Source of the DNA: Sedimentisphaerales bacterium
GTDB lineage: Bacteria; Planctomycetota; Phycisphaerae; Sedimentisphaerales; Anaerobacaceae
DNA length: 13,916 bases
Assembly: GCA_028282745.1 (NCBI GenBank)
Contig: JANQHJ010000025.1
Coordinates: forward strand, 1-13,916
Direction: 5' to 3'
Shown: in pieces, positions 13,847 to 13,916 of the stretch
How the letters are laid out: every line of letters begins with the position of its first letter
Position numbering within the stretch: position 1 is the first letter of the stretch
Notes under the pieces: model-generated
Seen by the model: the letters and a program-made list of their open reading frames with translations, nothing else
Database searches by the model: none
What the model was told of the DNA's origin: nothing
Made by a program: the position numbers and the translations under genes

Positions 13847-13916
13847 TGGTTATGAGAAGTTGTAATGTTTGCGGACGGGTTTTTTTACCTGCCATGTGCA
13901 TTCAAGATCGACGGGG

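Noticed and set aside
13850-13890. Possible terminator at GCGGACGGG followed by T7 (13871-13887)
   Set aside because: The T-run is real, but no complementary arm for a stem is present immediately upstream. The nearest hairpin ends 45 nt earlier.
1-13916. CRISPR arrays, rRNA genes, integrase or recombinase genes
   Set aside because: No regularly spaced direct repeats of 25-40 bp with unique spacers, no rRNA-like conserved blocks, and no tyrosine/serine recombinase motifs were found in any frame.

Overview
This 13.9-kb window looks like chromosomal DNA from a PVC-superphylum-like bacterium (Planctomycetota, Lentisphaerota or Verrucomicrobiota); the taxonomic guess rests only on domain types and is an inference. 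Overall GC is moderate. Genes in order: the 3' end of an isochorismatase-family hydrolase gene; ppdK (pyruvate, phosphate dikinase) with a near-consensus sigma70 promoter and a clean rho-independent terminator; a convergent 955-aa secreted protein with signal peptide, DUF1565-like parallel beta-helix, dockerin-like pair and DUF1080/LamG-like C-terminus; a 169-aa hypothetical; a 514-aa protein whose C-terminal third is an unmistakable PTS HPr domain (G-F-H-V-R-P-S active-site loop) fused to a ~330-aa N-terminal region I cannot assign; a minimal IS200/IS605-like element (HuH/Y1 transposase flanked by GC-rich hairpins); a 355-aa NucS/DUF91-like PD-(D/E)XK nuclease fused to an EVE/PUA-like domain (candidate modification-dependent restriction enzyme); a convergent flotillin-like SPFH membrane protein; tRNA-His(GTG); and a miniature DUF1559-like protein with an unusual polytopic N-terminus. 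The segment from about 9.4 to 11.15 kb (IS element plus nuclease-EVE gene) is conspicuously AT-rich relative to ppdK and is probably horizontally acquired. The two most novel-looking items are the HPr-domain fusion protein and the NucS-EVE nuclease. A third is a family of three GC-rich hairpins, each followed by a shared A-rich CTAAAC/CAATAAC tail; two flank the transposase gene and one is a solo copy 3.9 kb away. No CRISPR array, rRNA or integrase was seen.
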